Shown here in pieces: positions 25,330 to 37,900 of a DNA stretch of 64,000 nt. Where the stretch lies: positions 174,656,001 through 174,720,000 of the forward strand of contig NC_058368.1 of assembly GCF_018350175.1 (NCBI RefSeq), read 5' to 3'. Under the pieces are notes generated by a model. It had not been told where the DNA came from and searched no databases. It worked only from the letters and a program-made list of their open reading frames with translations. Both the position numbers and the translations under genes were made by a program. The DNA is from Felis catus. Its lineage: Eukaryota. Position 1 is the first letter of the stretch. The number at the start of each line of letters is the position of its first letter.

Positions 25330-25685
25330 GTTAGTGAGGACAGGCTATGTTATGCTGCAGTAACAAATCAAATGCAAAAATCTCAATAGCTTAATACCAC
25401 AGAAGTATATTCTGCCCCGGTCTGATGCAGGGCAAGCCGTTGTCTTCCAGATGGGGACACAGGCTGCACCCATCGTGTGTCTCTGCTGTCCCATGGCCCC
25501 AAGGCTTCCCTGACATCACCCAGCCAGCAGATGGGGTTAAGAAGGTAGACTCAAGGAACAAGAAAGCACACGTGAGAGGCACCTGCAGATGGCTGCCCTC
25601 CACCTGCCTTGGGTGGTGCAAGAGAACGGGTCGGTTGTAGTCCTCCTTCCATGGACGGGGAAAGCTTACATGAGCTTCCCACAAA
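25330..25685 (-). mobile_element. MaLR LTR (MLT1K-like)
   Basis: GTTAGTGAGGACAGGCTATGTTATGCTGCAGTAACAAA is a reverse MLT1 terminus. Confidence 0.7.
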
Positions 25686-26568
25686 ATAATTTATTAACAC
25701 CTCAAAAGTCAGTGAACTCACTTGAAAGCCAAACTTTTGCAAAGCTTCCTTTCCCTTACTCTCAGAGATGAGTTTGCCACATCCTGCCTTGGGCCCCAAG
25801 TAGGTCCCATCACCCGTCTCAGCCTCTCTTTCCCTTTTGTCATACGACCATCACAGCCCTCCCCAGCTGGATTTTGGGGAGGCTTATAAACTGTCATGAG
25901 TGTGGAAGTGCTCAGGAGGTTGCCAAGCAGGCCGAGTGTCCGAAGCGCTATTAGGATACCTACCACGTATTCTTCCGGTTCCGCATGGGCTCAGTTTCCG
26001 TGATCACAGCAGCAAGCCTTGCCAGATAAACACCCCATGGGACTTCCCTTTGCTCATTCCAACACAGTTTCTTTAAAATCTTTTTTCCTTTTCAGGAGAT
26101 AGAGGCAGGTGGCACGCTGTGTAAACCGTGAAAAAAAAAATTATGAAAATATCTGCAAGTCTTGTGCAGTCTCCAGATACTTCAACATAAATATTTGCTG
26201 GAGGTCGGTCCAACTTCCCAGTCCAAGAGGAGGACAGAAGGTGAGCTTTGAGCTACGTGGGAGCAAATCTCCTAGAAATCTGTTTCTTGGTGGGAGACCT
26301 GAAAGGTCTCCATTTAAAGCCAGATCCTCCCTCCGTGCAGCCAAAGGATGCCATGATTGAGTTGGGTGTCTTTTCCCAGCTAGCCCTTACAGCCATGCTC
26401 CCACGCCTGCACACACGCTGTTCTCTGCTAGGACTGCCCTTTCCCACCCTGTGCACTTGGGGAACCTTTATTCATTCTCTGAGAAACATGAGACTCAAAG
26501 GTCTCCTCTCACATGCCTTTCTTATCTGCTCCGTCCCCCAAATTTTCTACTCATCCCCCTCTGCTCTT

Positions 26569-28250
26569 ATCATCCCCACCACCATTACCATCATCACCAT
26601 CACCACCACCATTATCATCACCATCACATCACCACCATCACCATCACCACCATCATCATCACCATCACCACCACCATCATCATCACCATCACCACCACCA
26701 TCATCATCATCACCACCACCATCATCACCATCACCACCACCATCATCACCATCATCACCATCACCATCACCACCATCACCACCTTTCATCATCACCATCA
26801 CCATCACTATCATCACCATCACCACCACCATCATCATCACCATCACCACCATCATCATCACCATCACCACCACCATTATCATCACCATCACATCACCACC
26901 ATCACCATCACCACCATCATCATCACCATCACCACCAGCATCATCATCACCATCACCACCACCATCATCATCATCACCACCACCATCATCACCATCACCA
27001 CCACCATCATCACCATCATCACCATCACCATCACCACCATCACCACCTTTCATCATCACCATCACCATCACTATCATCACCATCACCACCACCATCATCA
27101 TCACCATCACCACCATCATCATCACCATCACCACCACCATCATCACCATCACCACCACCATCATCATCATCACCACCACCATCACCATCACCACCACCAT
27201 CATCATCATCACCACCACCATCACCATCACCACCACCATCATCATCATCACCACCACCATCATCATCACCATCACCACCATCACCACCACCATCATCATC
27301 ACCATCACTACCACCATCATCATCACCATCACCACCACCATTATCATCACCATCATCATCACCACCATCACCATCACCACCATCATCACCATCACCACCA
27401 CCATCATCATCACCATCACCACCACCATCATCATCATCACCACCACCATCATCATCACCATCACCACCACCATCATCATCACCATCATCACCATCACCAT
27501 CACCACCATCACCACCTTTCATCATCACCATCACCATCACTATCATCACCATCACCACCACCATCATCATCACCATCACCACCATCATCATCACCATCAC
27601 CACCACCATCATCACCACCACCATCATCACCATCATCATCACCATCACCACCACCATCATCATCACCATCACCACCACCATCATCATCACCATCACCACC
27701 ATCACCACCACCATCATCATCACCATCACCATCACCACCACCATCATCATCACCATCACTACCACGATCATCATCACCATCACCACCACCATCATCATCA
27801 TCACCACCACCATCATCATCACCATCACCACCACCATCATCATCACCATCATCACCATCACCACCATCACCACCATCATCATCACCATCACCACCATCGT
27901 CATCACCATCACCACCATCACCATCATCATCACCGCCAGCATCATCATCACCATCACCACCATCACCATCATCACCACCACCACCATCATCACCATCACC
28001 AACATCACCATCAGCACCATCACCACCACCATCATCCCACCACCACCACCACCATCACCATCAACACCATCACCACCACCATCATCCCACCACCACCACC
28101 GTCACCATCACCATCACCACCATCACCATCACCATCAGCACCATCACCACCGCCACCACCACCACCATCAGCAGCACCATCACCATCACCACCATCACCA
28201 CCATCATCATCCTGTTGTGATCCTCATCACCATCACCACCATCACCAGCA
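26569..28250 (+). repeat. Imperfect (CAC/CAT)n trinucleotide tract, ~1.7 kb
   Basis: Continuous CAY triplets with rare interruptions; gives the poly-His, poly-Thr/Ile and poly-Ser/Pro ORFs. Confidence 0.99.
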
Positions 28251-28420
28251 TTATTGAGAACTTCATATTGCCCAGGTACTGCTTAAATCCTTTACACTCA
28301 GTGCTGACAACGATCCCATGAGGAAACCATAAGATGGGGTGGTAGCCCAGATCACGTGGTTATATGTGGAGAGGTGGTTAAGCAAGCCCAGGACAGTGTC
28401 TCTGAAAAGCGCTTTCTGGG
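28245..28420 (-). mobile_element. MIR whose tail merges into the CAY tract
   Basis: CATTATTGAGAACTTCATATTGCCCAGGTACTGCTTAAATCCTTTACA is the reverse of the MIR 3' end. Confidence 0.7.
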
Positions 28421-28429
28421 TCATCACCT

Positions 28430-28582
28430 GACAGCTACGTTCTTACCCCCAGCTGCACCCCAAGAACTGGGGCCGTGCCTCATTCACATCTGCATTTCCA
28501 GCCTTTGCCATAGGACCCCTACAGAGTAGACGTAGAGCAAATGTATCTGAATGAATGAGTGAATGAATGAGTGAATGAATGT
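28430..28582 (+). mobile_element. L2 3' end with (TGAA)n tail
   Basis: CATTCACATCTGCATTTCCAG...AAATGTATCTGAATGAATGAGTGAATGAATG. Confidence 0.7.
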
Positions 28583-28999
28583 GAGTTCCCCTACTGCAGC
28601 TCTGAATAAAAGCCTCAGCACATAGAAGCGGTTCCCTGAGTATTAAAGGGATAAATAACAGTATAGAAGTTAGCTAGGATCCCCAAATGTGGGTCCCTGG
28701 TGCTTACTCCTCATAGCTCATCTGGTCCCCTGCTGTAGACCCGGGCCTATGTCAGCATCTTGCAGGCCATCCCACCCCAACACCACCTGCTGGACTCCAG
28801 GGAAGGGAGTCCAGGTTTAGCAGCACCTCTAGGGCATCCAAGTCGTCTCCCTCTCTCCCAGCCATGGTGTTACCTAAAAGTCTGGGACCTGGTGTGCCTG
28901 AAGTGATCCCGGGGAAACTCCCTCACTCCCCATCACCCTATCATTTCCAGGGACCTAGCTCCAGTCATTATCACCATTTCCTCCTGAGTGCCTGATATA

Positions 29000-29230
29000 T
29001 AAGTCACTGCCAATGACTGAGAGCCATCTACGTGCCATACCCTACGCTCAGTGCTTTCCGTGCCTTGTCTCTAGTCATTCTTACATGCTGTGAGGTCAGG
29101 GTGCTTCTCCCCATTTGATAGTTGAGAAAACTAAGGCTCCAAGAGGTGATATGACTGATCTAACCCCAGTCATGGTAAGTGGATTGCTCCAGATTTGGTA
29201 AGAGGAAGAATCCAGCCTCTGACGTAGGCT
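29000..29230 (-). mobile_element. MIR
   Basis: CCCCATTTGATAGTTGAGAAAACTAAGGCTC. Confidence 0.7.
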
Positions 29231-30079
29231 TTGCTAGTTCCAAAACTCAGAATCTTTCTGATACCATAGAATCCCTCCGTCCTAACTGTGGGCTGTTGTC
29301 TGAGACTTTGGTACCCGGCTGACTCTTGCCAGTTTCCTGGGGTTACTGCTACGCCAGGAGCACCAGCCCCTGGCCAGGCTCCCCTTACGTACAGACACAT
29401 CTCCAGGTGGTGCCCCTCCCACCTGGCCAGCCCTCATGGCAGCTCACAGTCAATGCCGGCTGGGTCACTACTGCTAGACTCAGCTGAATGGGCACTGGGT
29501 CTTGCTTTCCGGCGCTATGTGCTGTGGTCTGGAGACTGGCATCTTATCTCCCCCGCCCATCCATGCCTGCCGTCCCCAGAGCCGGGCCTGGCAGCTGCCC
29601 CAGCTCCCCTCTTCCGCCATCCCCGGCCACCCAGAGCAGGGCCACACCGTGCAGCAAAGACAAGCCCCTTTGGACTTTGCCCTCCGCCCCTGAGAGCGGC
29701 AGCCAGAGGAACGCCTGCCCAGGAACAGCCCTCTCCCAGCCATTTGCAAGAAGGTCTTTTGCAATTTCTATCTCCAGCTCTGCTGAAGGAAATGGGAATG
29801 GATGGGCTCACTGAGCAGAAAATGCCAGAAGGCATTCCAGAGCCCAGAATCCCAAACGCAGACCTTCTACAAGGGGACTGAACAGACAGGCAACGCTGGG
29901 AGGAAAGTCTTACCCCATGTCAGGCTACACAGGCTCAAAGGGTTATTTATAAATGCTGGAGTACGTATTTTCAAGGCGGCTATTGAGCGGGAATTGGAAT
30001 AGAGCAAGGGGAGAAGTCGTGCAGACATCCTAGCCACCGTCATCCCAGCGTTGACACTTAGCAGCTCCTGGCCTCCGTT

Positions 30080-31450
30080 CAGCATGCAGTGACTGGTGTT
30101 CAGCACCTACTATGTGCCGGGCACGATGCAAGGCACTCGGGATACAAAGGTGAACGACCCTGAAAGAGAAAGTCTTTATTGTGGGGCTTCATTCCAAATG
30201 AACAAATGCACGTTTACAGGTTGAAATGAGGTGTGAGGCCAGCCCAGAAACGAATGAGGGTAAGTGATAAAGCAACAGGAGGAGGCCAGTCTTTGGGGAG
30301 GACGGTTAGGAAATGCCTCTCGGAAGAAGTTTGGAGAAAGACCTGAAGAATGTGATGCCAGCTGGGAAGCATGGGGAGGAACCCCACCCCCACCCCCGCC
30401 GCCCCATGCAGAGGGCACAGCACAGGGAAAGGCCTAGAGGTGGGAGAAAGCTTGGCATGACCAAGAAGTCAAAGAAGGTGGCCGGAGTTGATGCCCGGGG
30501 GTGGGGTGGGGGGCCGGGAGTGGGCATTTGGGCACGAGATAAAAGTGGTAAACATAGGCAGGACCAGAACGTGCGGGCCAGCCAAGGCACGAAAGCCTCT
30601 GTCTGGATTTTTGTCTTAAGAATGAATTGAAGAGCCTTTAGGCAAAGGAATGACGAGGCTCCATTTTATAGGTTTAAAAAAATTTTTCATGTTTATTTAT
30701 TTTTGGAGAGAGAGGGACAGAGCGCAAGCAGGGGAGGGGCAGAGAGAGAGGGAGACCCAGAATCCGAAGCAGGCTCCAGGCTCCGAGCTGTCAGCACAGA
30801 GCTCAAATCCATGAACCGTGAGATCATGACCTGAGCCGAAGTCGGACGCTTAACCGACGGAGCCACCCAGGCGTCCCATTTTTTATGTTTTTGAAAAGGT
30901 CACCATGGCTGCTGGCAGGCTGGAGGAGGACGCGAGCGAAAGCTGGCAGGCCATTTAGGAAGTGGATTAGCAGAGTCGACCGTGGTCACCCGTGGGAGAC
31001 GTTATGGCAGTCGGGGCGTGAGGAGGGTGGCCGGAAAGACGGAGAGATGTGAGTCGATTTAAGAGAAATTAAGGATGCCAAAAAAAATCAGTCTTAGTGA
31101 CAAATGAGTACTGAGGGCTGAAAACTGGAAGATGTCTAAAATGATGAACAACTGAATGAATTTGATGCTATTTTCCAAGAGTGAGAAGGCCCAGGGAAAA
31201 ACCGACTGGAGACAAAAACGTAGTGGGGGAGGGGCTCCGGAGCTGGGTTTTGGGCATAGCGATTGGGAGGCATCCTGATCCTGGTCCAGATGGTGAGTAA
31301 ATAAAACAGGAGGAAAGATGAGTCTACAGTTCAGGGCAGAGGCTGGGATTCAAAGTATAACTTTGGGAGTTATCATCTTAATATGTTATTTCAACCCTCG
31401 GAACTAATGAGAGAAGAACTCAGGACCCAGCCGCACGGAGGTCCGACATT
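30080..31450 (-). mobile_element. L2 fragment(s) split by a SINE
   Basis: CAGCACCTACTATGTGCCGGGCAC; AAAGGTCACCATGGCTGCTG; TTTGGGAGTTATCATC...TTTCAACCCTCGGAACTAATGAG. Confidence 0.75.
30672..30877 (-). mobile_element. CanSINE
   Basis: Reverse body with a small internal deletion. Confidence 0.93.
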
Positions 31451-31960
31451 TAGAGGTGACGTAAGTTGCTTCTCTTCTCTGAACCTCATTACTCCCATCT
31501 GTAAGGTGGGATGATAATCGTATCTACCTTACAGGAGGATCACAGGAGTGCTGGTTCCTTTTTCCTGCCCCTCGTTGGGCATACTGGTCCAACGACTCGG
31601 GTTTGAGAGTTCGGCCCTTCCTGTCACGCTCATGTGCTGTGGGGCCAGGATACTTGTGGTTTCCATTCCCACATCGCGTGGGCCTCATCTCAAGATCTCT
31701 TTTCTCTCCCCACCTTCCGAAAACTCCATGAACGCACGCGTCGTGGACGCCTTACTCTCCTGTTGCCCGCCTACCTTCCTGCCTGGTCCCGTGGCCCTGG
31801 GCTGGCTCCTTCTCCCCTCGCCAGGCCTCCAAAGTCTATTTGGAATGCCACAGTGCTCTGTTCTGGACCCAACCGCTGGGTATATGTTCTCTTTAGGTCC
31901 CTTCACCCATCTCTCTGCTTCTAACCAGTCAACCTGATTTTCCAAAACTATGATCTACGA

Positions 31961-32168
31961 CAGGGTCACAAGCTTTTTCTCTAAAGGGCAGACCGTCTGC
32001 GAGCCACGTGGTCTGTCTTGTGGCTACTCGACGCTGCTATTATAGCATAAAAGCAACCACAGAAAACGTACGAATGAATGTGCCTGTGTGCCGATAAGAC
32101 TTTATTTACAAAAACAGGTAGCAGGCTGGATTTGGTGTTCAGGTTTGGGTCGGATTGCCCGACCCCTG
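31961..32168 (+). mobile_element. MER58A-like hAT-Charlie MITE
   Basis: CAGGGTC...TTTTTCTCTAAAGGGCAGA...ACTTTATTTACAAAAACAGG...GACCCCTG, with TIRs. Confidence 0.85.
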
Positions 32169-32214
32169 GGCTATGATAGAAACGTAACCCCAGTCATTGA
32201 GTTTTTAGGTTTTA

Positions 32215-32439
32215 TTTTTTATTTATTTATTTTTTTCAACGTTTATTTATTTTTGGGACAGAGAGAGACAGAGCATGAACGGGGGAGGGGCAGAGAGAGA
32301 GGGAGACGCAGAATCGGAAACAGGCTCCAGGCTCCGAGCCGTCAGCCCAGAGCCCGACGCGGGGCTCGAACTCCCGGACCGCGAGATCGTGACCTGGCTG
32401 AAGTCGGACGCTTGACCGACTGCGCCACCCAGGCGCCCC
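32215..32439 (-). mobile_element. CanSINE, young full-length
   Basis: Perfect TSD GAGTTTTTAGGTTTTA at 32199-32214 and 32440-32455. Confidence 0.97.
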
Positions 32440-32584
32440 GAGTTTTTAGGTTTTAAAGAGAAGTTCTTGTAACTCAAAAAAAGTCAAATGCAGGACTTTT
32501 CTTTCTTCCATGCTGAGCTGTAGTGATGCTTCATTTCAGCAGGAAGCATGCAAGACCCTAGTTTAGAAGGGCTCGGCTGTTCTA

Positions 32585-32765
32585 GAAGGCATTTGGACAC
32601 ATAGGGAGAAAGAACTTTAGGGGTCGTTTCAATGACTGGGGAAAGGCTTTGTTAGCTTTTAGTAACCAGAGGCCAGGGGGATGGAATGTCTTGCAACGGG
32701 TAAGACAGTCCCTCGTAACAAAACTTGTCCCTCCTCCAATGCCAGTAGGGCCCCAGTGAGAAAAA
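32585..32765 (+). mobile_element. MER20B-like hAT-Charlie fragment
   Basis: GGCATTTGGA...AGAGGCCAGGGGGATG...AATGCCAGTAGGGCCCCAGTGAGAAAA. Confidence 0.5.
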
Positions 32766-34011
32766 TGTCTGCATGGGGGAAAGGTTGGAAGATAATAAGA
32801 AACCTGACACTGGTCAGGCAGTCAAGTGCAACCTCGCGGCAGAATAAACTGGGTGGCTGATGTGTGCCCTCTCCCAGCTGGACCCTCGGGTGGATCTACA
32901 GTGACCTGCTGATCTGTCCCCTCTTGACTCTCCAGCAGCTGCCTTGGGCTGGATCACCCAGGAGTTGAGTGTTCAGTCCCCAGGGCTTCCAAAGCCTATT
33001 CTCAGGACGGGGGAGATGGCCTCCCTGACCCTCCCACCCACTCTGCCAAGTACAGCCCGTCTGTCCTTTGCCCTGTCTCCTCTTCCACCCCCCATGTCAC
33101 AGCTGTGTGAGCCACAGTGAGAAAACTAGTCTCCTCTTAGTTCCAACTCCTGTTTTGCTGGGCATTCATTCCGACCACAACACAGTTTCGTAACATAATT
33201 CTGTTTTGTCCCCACCCAAGTAAACTTGTCCAATGTCCCTTGGAAGCAGAGGGCAGGAGGAAACCCAGAGAGCTCACCAGATCCACACCCCTACCTTTGG
33301 CTGGAGTGTCACCTGCGAAGGCGGGGCTTATACGCTCACCTTTATCATATTCAGCCGTCTACCTGGCCCAAGACTTTCTTGTGGGCGATCATCCTTCAGG
33401 TAAGGCCTTCCCCAAGAGCCTCTCCGGTTCGTGGTCTGGACCAGGCCCAGGAAGCCGTGGGCCATCATGGTCAGCCCCCTCATCCTGAATTGTTCCTTGG
33501 TTGCCAAGGGAGGCCAACAGACAGTTTCTCCCAGTGTGACAAAGGCGATGCAAAGGAGGGAAAAAAAAAATTCTGTGAGGGGTGGCAGAGGCAAGAGAAT
33601 TTGCCCAGCTTGAGGAGAGTCCACAAGCTTTATCGAAAAACAAGTTTTTGTTGCTGTTGGTCCGGTCAAACTGCTGTCTGCTCATGGGCGGAATGATTTG
33701 TCATAAAAAGCAACCGACACAAGGAAGTAACTCTTGAGATGAATTTTGAGCATTCAGTCAAAGTTAGCCGGGAGCAGGGAGCGGGGCAGGGAGGGGGTGT
33801 TCTAAGAAGAGGGTAGGGTGTGAACAAAGGAGGCAAGAACGTTGAGAGAATGAGGTTGGTGGGTTGTCGTTGGGCCATACGATGTGAAGAAGGCAATGGA
33901 GGTGGCTGAGGCTGGAATGGCAGGTGGCGGGCACATCAAGGGACCTTCCGAGCCGTGTTAAGGTGGAGACAACATCGTGTGCACAATGGGGGACCATGGA
34001 GGGGTTTAGGG

Positions 34012-34091
34012 CCGTGGTTCTCAACTGGGAATGATTTTGCCTTGGGCAGCATCGTACAATGTCCGGAGAGGTTTTTGGCTGTCACCATGGG

Positions 34092-34144
<53 letters not shown>

Positions 34145-34286
34145 CGGGGAGGGAGGGGTGCCATGCCGCCGGGATCTAGTAGATGGGTAGAGGCCAGGGT
34201 GGCTTCCTACGATGTAAAGGACAGCTTCCCCTACAGTGAAGAATTTTCCTCTCCAAAATATCAGCAGTGCCAAGGTTGAGAAACTG
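34012..34286 (+). mobile_element. MER20 (hAT-Charlie) with internal poly-G expansion
   Basis: CCGTGGTTCTCAAC...GGGTAGAGGCCAGGG...GTGCCAAGGTTGAGAAACTG; 8-bp TSD GTTTAGGG/GGTTAGGG. Confidence 0.88.
34093..34144 (+). repeat. G52 homopolymer
   Basis: 52 consecutive G. Confidence 0.97.
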
Positions 34287-34509
34287 GGTTAGGGTAGTGA
34301 GTTCACCCAATCGGATCAACTGCTCTGGGTGGTCTCCCCACATCCGACCAGAGGCCCGGTGGCTCCTGCAGAGGAGGGCAGTCTTACCGACCCGTTCATT
34401 AGAACTGGAGTTTGTCTCCGTCTCTAACTGTCTAGTTCGTGGAACGGTGGGGAGGCTCGCAGAGCAAGGTTGAAGGCTTAGCTCTGCTAGGTCACAGCGG
34501 TCACCCAGC

Positions 34510-34925
34510 AGTAAAACGCACCCGCCTTAAGCGTACAGAGGAGTTTGGACAAATCCCTATGGCGTGCCTCCATCACCAGGATCAAGAAAGCAAGCATTTC
34601 CATCTCCCCAGAAAGTTCTTGTGCGCCCCTTGCGGTCAATCCTCTTCCTCCTCAGCCCCCCGCGGCCCTGATCTGCTTCGTGTCACTAGAGACGACTTTG
34701 TGGTATGGAGTCAGCCGATGTGTGCCCTTGATGCCCGGCTTCTTACACCCAGCCCTCCTGAGATTCACCCTTGTGGCCGCGTGTATCGATAGTTCAGTCC
34801 GTTTCATTACCGAGTGGTGTTTCTCTGCACGGGTGTATCACAGTTTACTTATCCAGTCACCTGTTGGTGAACATCTGGCTTGTCTGCGTGTTTTCTGTCG
34901 TTCGTAAAGATGCTGTGCACAGCAT
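34510..34925 (-). mobile_element. Old L1 (L1MB/ME-like) 3' UTR fragment
   Basis: AGCATTTCCATCTCCCCAGAAAGTTC...GTATCACAGTTTACTTATCCAGTCACCTGTTGGTGAACAT. Confidence 0.8.
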
Positions 34926-35734
34926 CTATTGCCTAAAATACTTTTAACAGGACTCCATTTCACTTAGAGTCAAATTGGAGTTCCCCGCTATGTCCCCCAA
35001 AGTCCCCCTGGTCTGGATTCTGCCTCCCCGTCTGACCTCATTTGCTCCCCTCTCTCCTCCTCGCTTGGTCTTCTTCATCCACACTGGCCCCTTACAGCTC
35101 CTCAAATAAAGTCAGAATTGCCAAAGAGACACCATCGCCCTCGCCATAATCCTCCTGGCTCCAAACCAGCTGCGTGCAACTGGCTGCCTGCCTGGGATGT
35201 GCATTAACCTTCTGGAATCATTAAATCAAACTGATACTTGAATCCTAATCTCTAGTGAAGCATTTTATTTATTTTAATCCCCTAAGCACTTCAGCTCGAC
35301 TTTTCCTCCGGGCCTGCCATTCTGGGAGAGCTCAGAGAGCCCACCTGATCCTTTCTGATTGAAATCCCCCATGGGCCAAGGGGTGGGGATGTTTCTAATG
35401 ATTTGCTTAACCCTGTGACAAGTCATTTTTTTTAACCCCATAGTGATCGCCTCTAGCATTAACAGTGGGGGAATTAAATTCTCAGGCTTTGCTTAGGTTA
35501 CAGACTCACTGAACTTCTTTGGGTGCTGTGGAACTTCAGTTAGCAATTTCCCATGCTCACTTTTATCAATTTTAATCCTCAAAATAACCCTGTGAGATAG
35601 GGATGTCTTCTTTTCTGGAGAGGAGATAGAGTTTCTGCAAGATGCGTGCTGGGCCAGAAATTTCTATATGACAGTCTGCTTTTTATGTTTCATTTTGAAA
35701 TGTTCATCTTAGTAAATCTGAGATGTGCCTTCTA

Positions 35735-37857
35735 GTTTCCAGTAGTTATAAACTAGAGTCTGTAGATCAACTCTCTTACTGAAAAACAATTAAAAAAAAA
35801 TTCTGCCTCATGTGTAAAGGACACGTTGAGGGGCTGAAGAGGCGACAAGGTTGTCTTTCTTGCAGGCTAACCATAACAAGAGAGGTCGGAGAATTTAAAA
35901 TCATCAGTCACTTATCCCTGAGAGCATCTGTCATTCCTTTGCACTTGGGATCCTATAAGGTGGTTGTGAAGGACAAGGGGGTCAGAAACCAAGGGCCAAA
36001 GTGTGAATGTTAAGAGGACATCTTCCCCACATTGAAATAAGTTCCCCAAACGTTCCACCAGATCTAAACGTGCACTGCTCCACCAAGGTAAAATTCAGAG
36101 ACTGCTTTGGCACTGAACAAAGCAGGAGGGGGGAGAATGAACAGGGAAAAATGTTCTGAGAAATTGTGGGTGTAGACCAGCTGTATTATGGATTTGCATC
36201 CTAGGAATGCATCTCCTGGGTGGGCCTGGGAACTTTAAAGTTGTGAAATTGCCATGAGTCGTTCTCAACTGGTAGTGCCCCCCCCCCCGCCCTGCACCTA
36301 GAATAAGCAAAGGCAAGCCTCCTGGATCACTGGGAACACCCCGAATATACCTGTTCGTGGGCAATGAGCAAACAGTCATCAGAGATAACAAGGCATACAA
36401 GAAAACAAGATTTATGAATGAAAACCAAGACACAGTGGAAGTGGACCCACATAGATGTTAGATTTTAAAACAACTACATTTACCAAATTAAAAAAAAATA
36501 AATGATAAACTGAAAAAAAAACTTCATGGGGGCAGAAAACAATAAAAAATGATGCAGCAGATGTGAACATAAAAACAAATATAACTTCTACAAGTTAAAA
36601 GAGTATAGTAACTAGAAATGAATACGAGGCATTTTGTCACAGAAAGGACACAGCAGAAGAGAGGACCTGGAATACAGTATGGAAAAGAAAAAAAAAAAGA
36701 ATAACAGAGAAAAGAGGGTAATAAATAAAGGGAGTACGTTGAGAAGTTCATGCATTTGGTCAGAGGTTCAGAAGAGCTGAGACAGAAGGGTAGAGAGAAT
36801 ACATGAAAAGATGGTGGGTAAGAATTTTCCCGAACCGATAAAAATCACCTACGCACGGATTCAAGAAGCCTAGAAAATACCAAGTAAAATATCTTAAAAA
36901 GAAATCTCAAACGTAGAGTCAAAGGGAAAAATCTTGAAGACAGACAAAAAGACAAATGATTTTGTAAGGGAACAATGGTTGTAGGCACAGCAGACTTCCC
37001 AGTAGCAAATATGGAACCCCACACCAGTAGAATCATATTTTAAATATGCTGAAGGAAAATAACCACCAGTCTAGAATTCTAAGTTCAGCGAAAATAAAAA
37101 GATTTAAAAAAAAACACCCCCCTCCCCCCCCCCAAAAAAAAAGGAAAAGGGAGAGAGAGAGAATTTGTCACAAGCAGAACTTCACTGAGGGAAACATTAA
37201 AGGGTTCATTGTTCGAGGCACAAAGTCTCCCCAGATGGAAGGTCTGGGGTAGAAGAACTAAAGAACAAAAAGAACCTGCACATGTATGGGCAAATGGAAA
37301 TTAACAACAGTTATAGGAAATAATCGCAACAATGTCTAAAGGTGTGAACGTTTAACAGTTTTGAGTTAAAACCTCAAACTGCAATGGCATATAAATGGGT
37401 AAATGGAGTTAAAATTAAGGTTTTCATGTTTTCTGGGGGAAAAGGAGCGGTTCTGATAAATTTCTACTTTGATCAGTTAATTATATATGACGTGATTTTT
37501 CAGGCAAACACTAAAGATCAAAAGCAGAGTGTATTCATATGTGGAACCTAGAAAATAAGCAACTAAACCAACAAAGGGCAGAATCAGACCTTTAAATACG
37601 GAAAACAAACCTGTGGTTGCCAGAGGGAGGGGGGGTGGGGGAAGGGCAAAATGGGTGAAGGGAGGGGGAGATACGGGCTTCCCGTTATGGAATGAATAAG
37701 TCATGGGGATAAAAGGCACAGCATAGGGAATGTAGTCAATGGTTTTTTTAATAGCGCCGTGTGGTAGCAGATGGTGGCTACACTTGTGACTAGCATACCG
37801 TAATGTACAGAGATGCTGAATCACTAAAACCGATGTAACATTGTGTGTCAACTACAC

Positions 37858-37900
<43 letters not shown>

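Noticed and set aside
26248..28321. 589-669 aa His-rich, mucin-like or extensin-like ORFs, and minus-strand Met/Val and Gly/Asp ORFs
   Set aside because: Stop-free by-products of the CAY repeat; all frames are open and the flanks have no protein-like sequence
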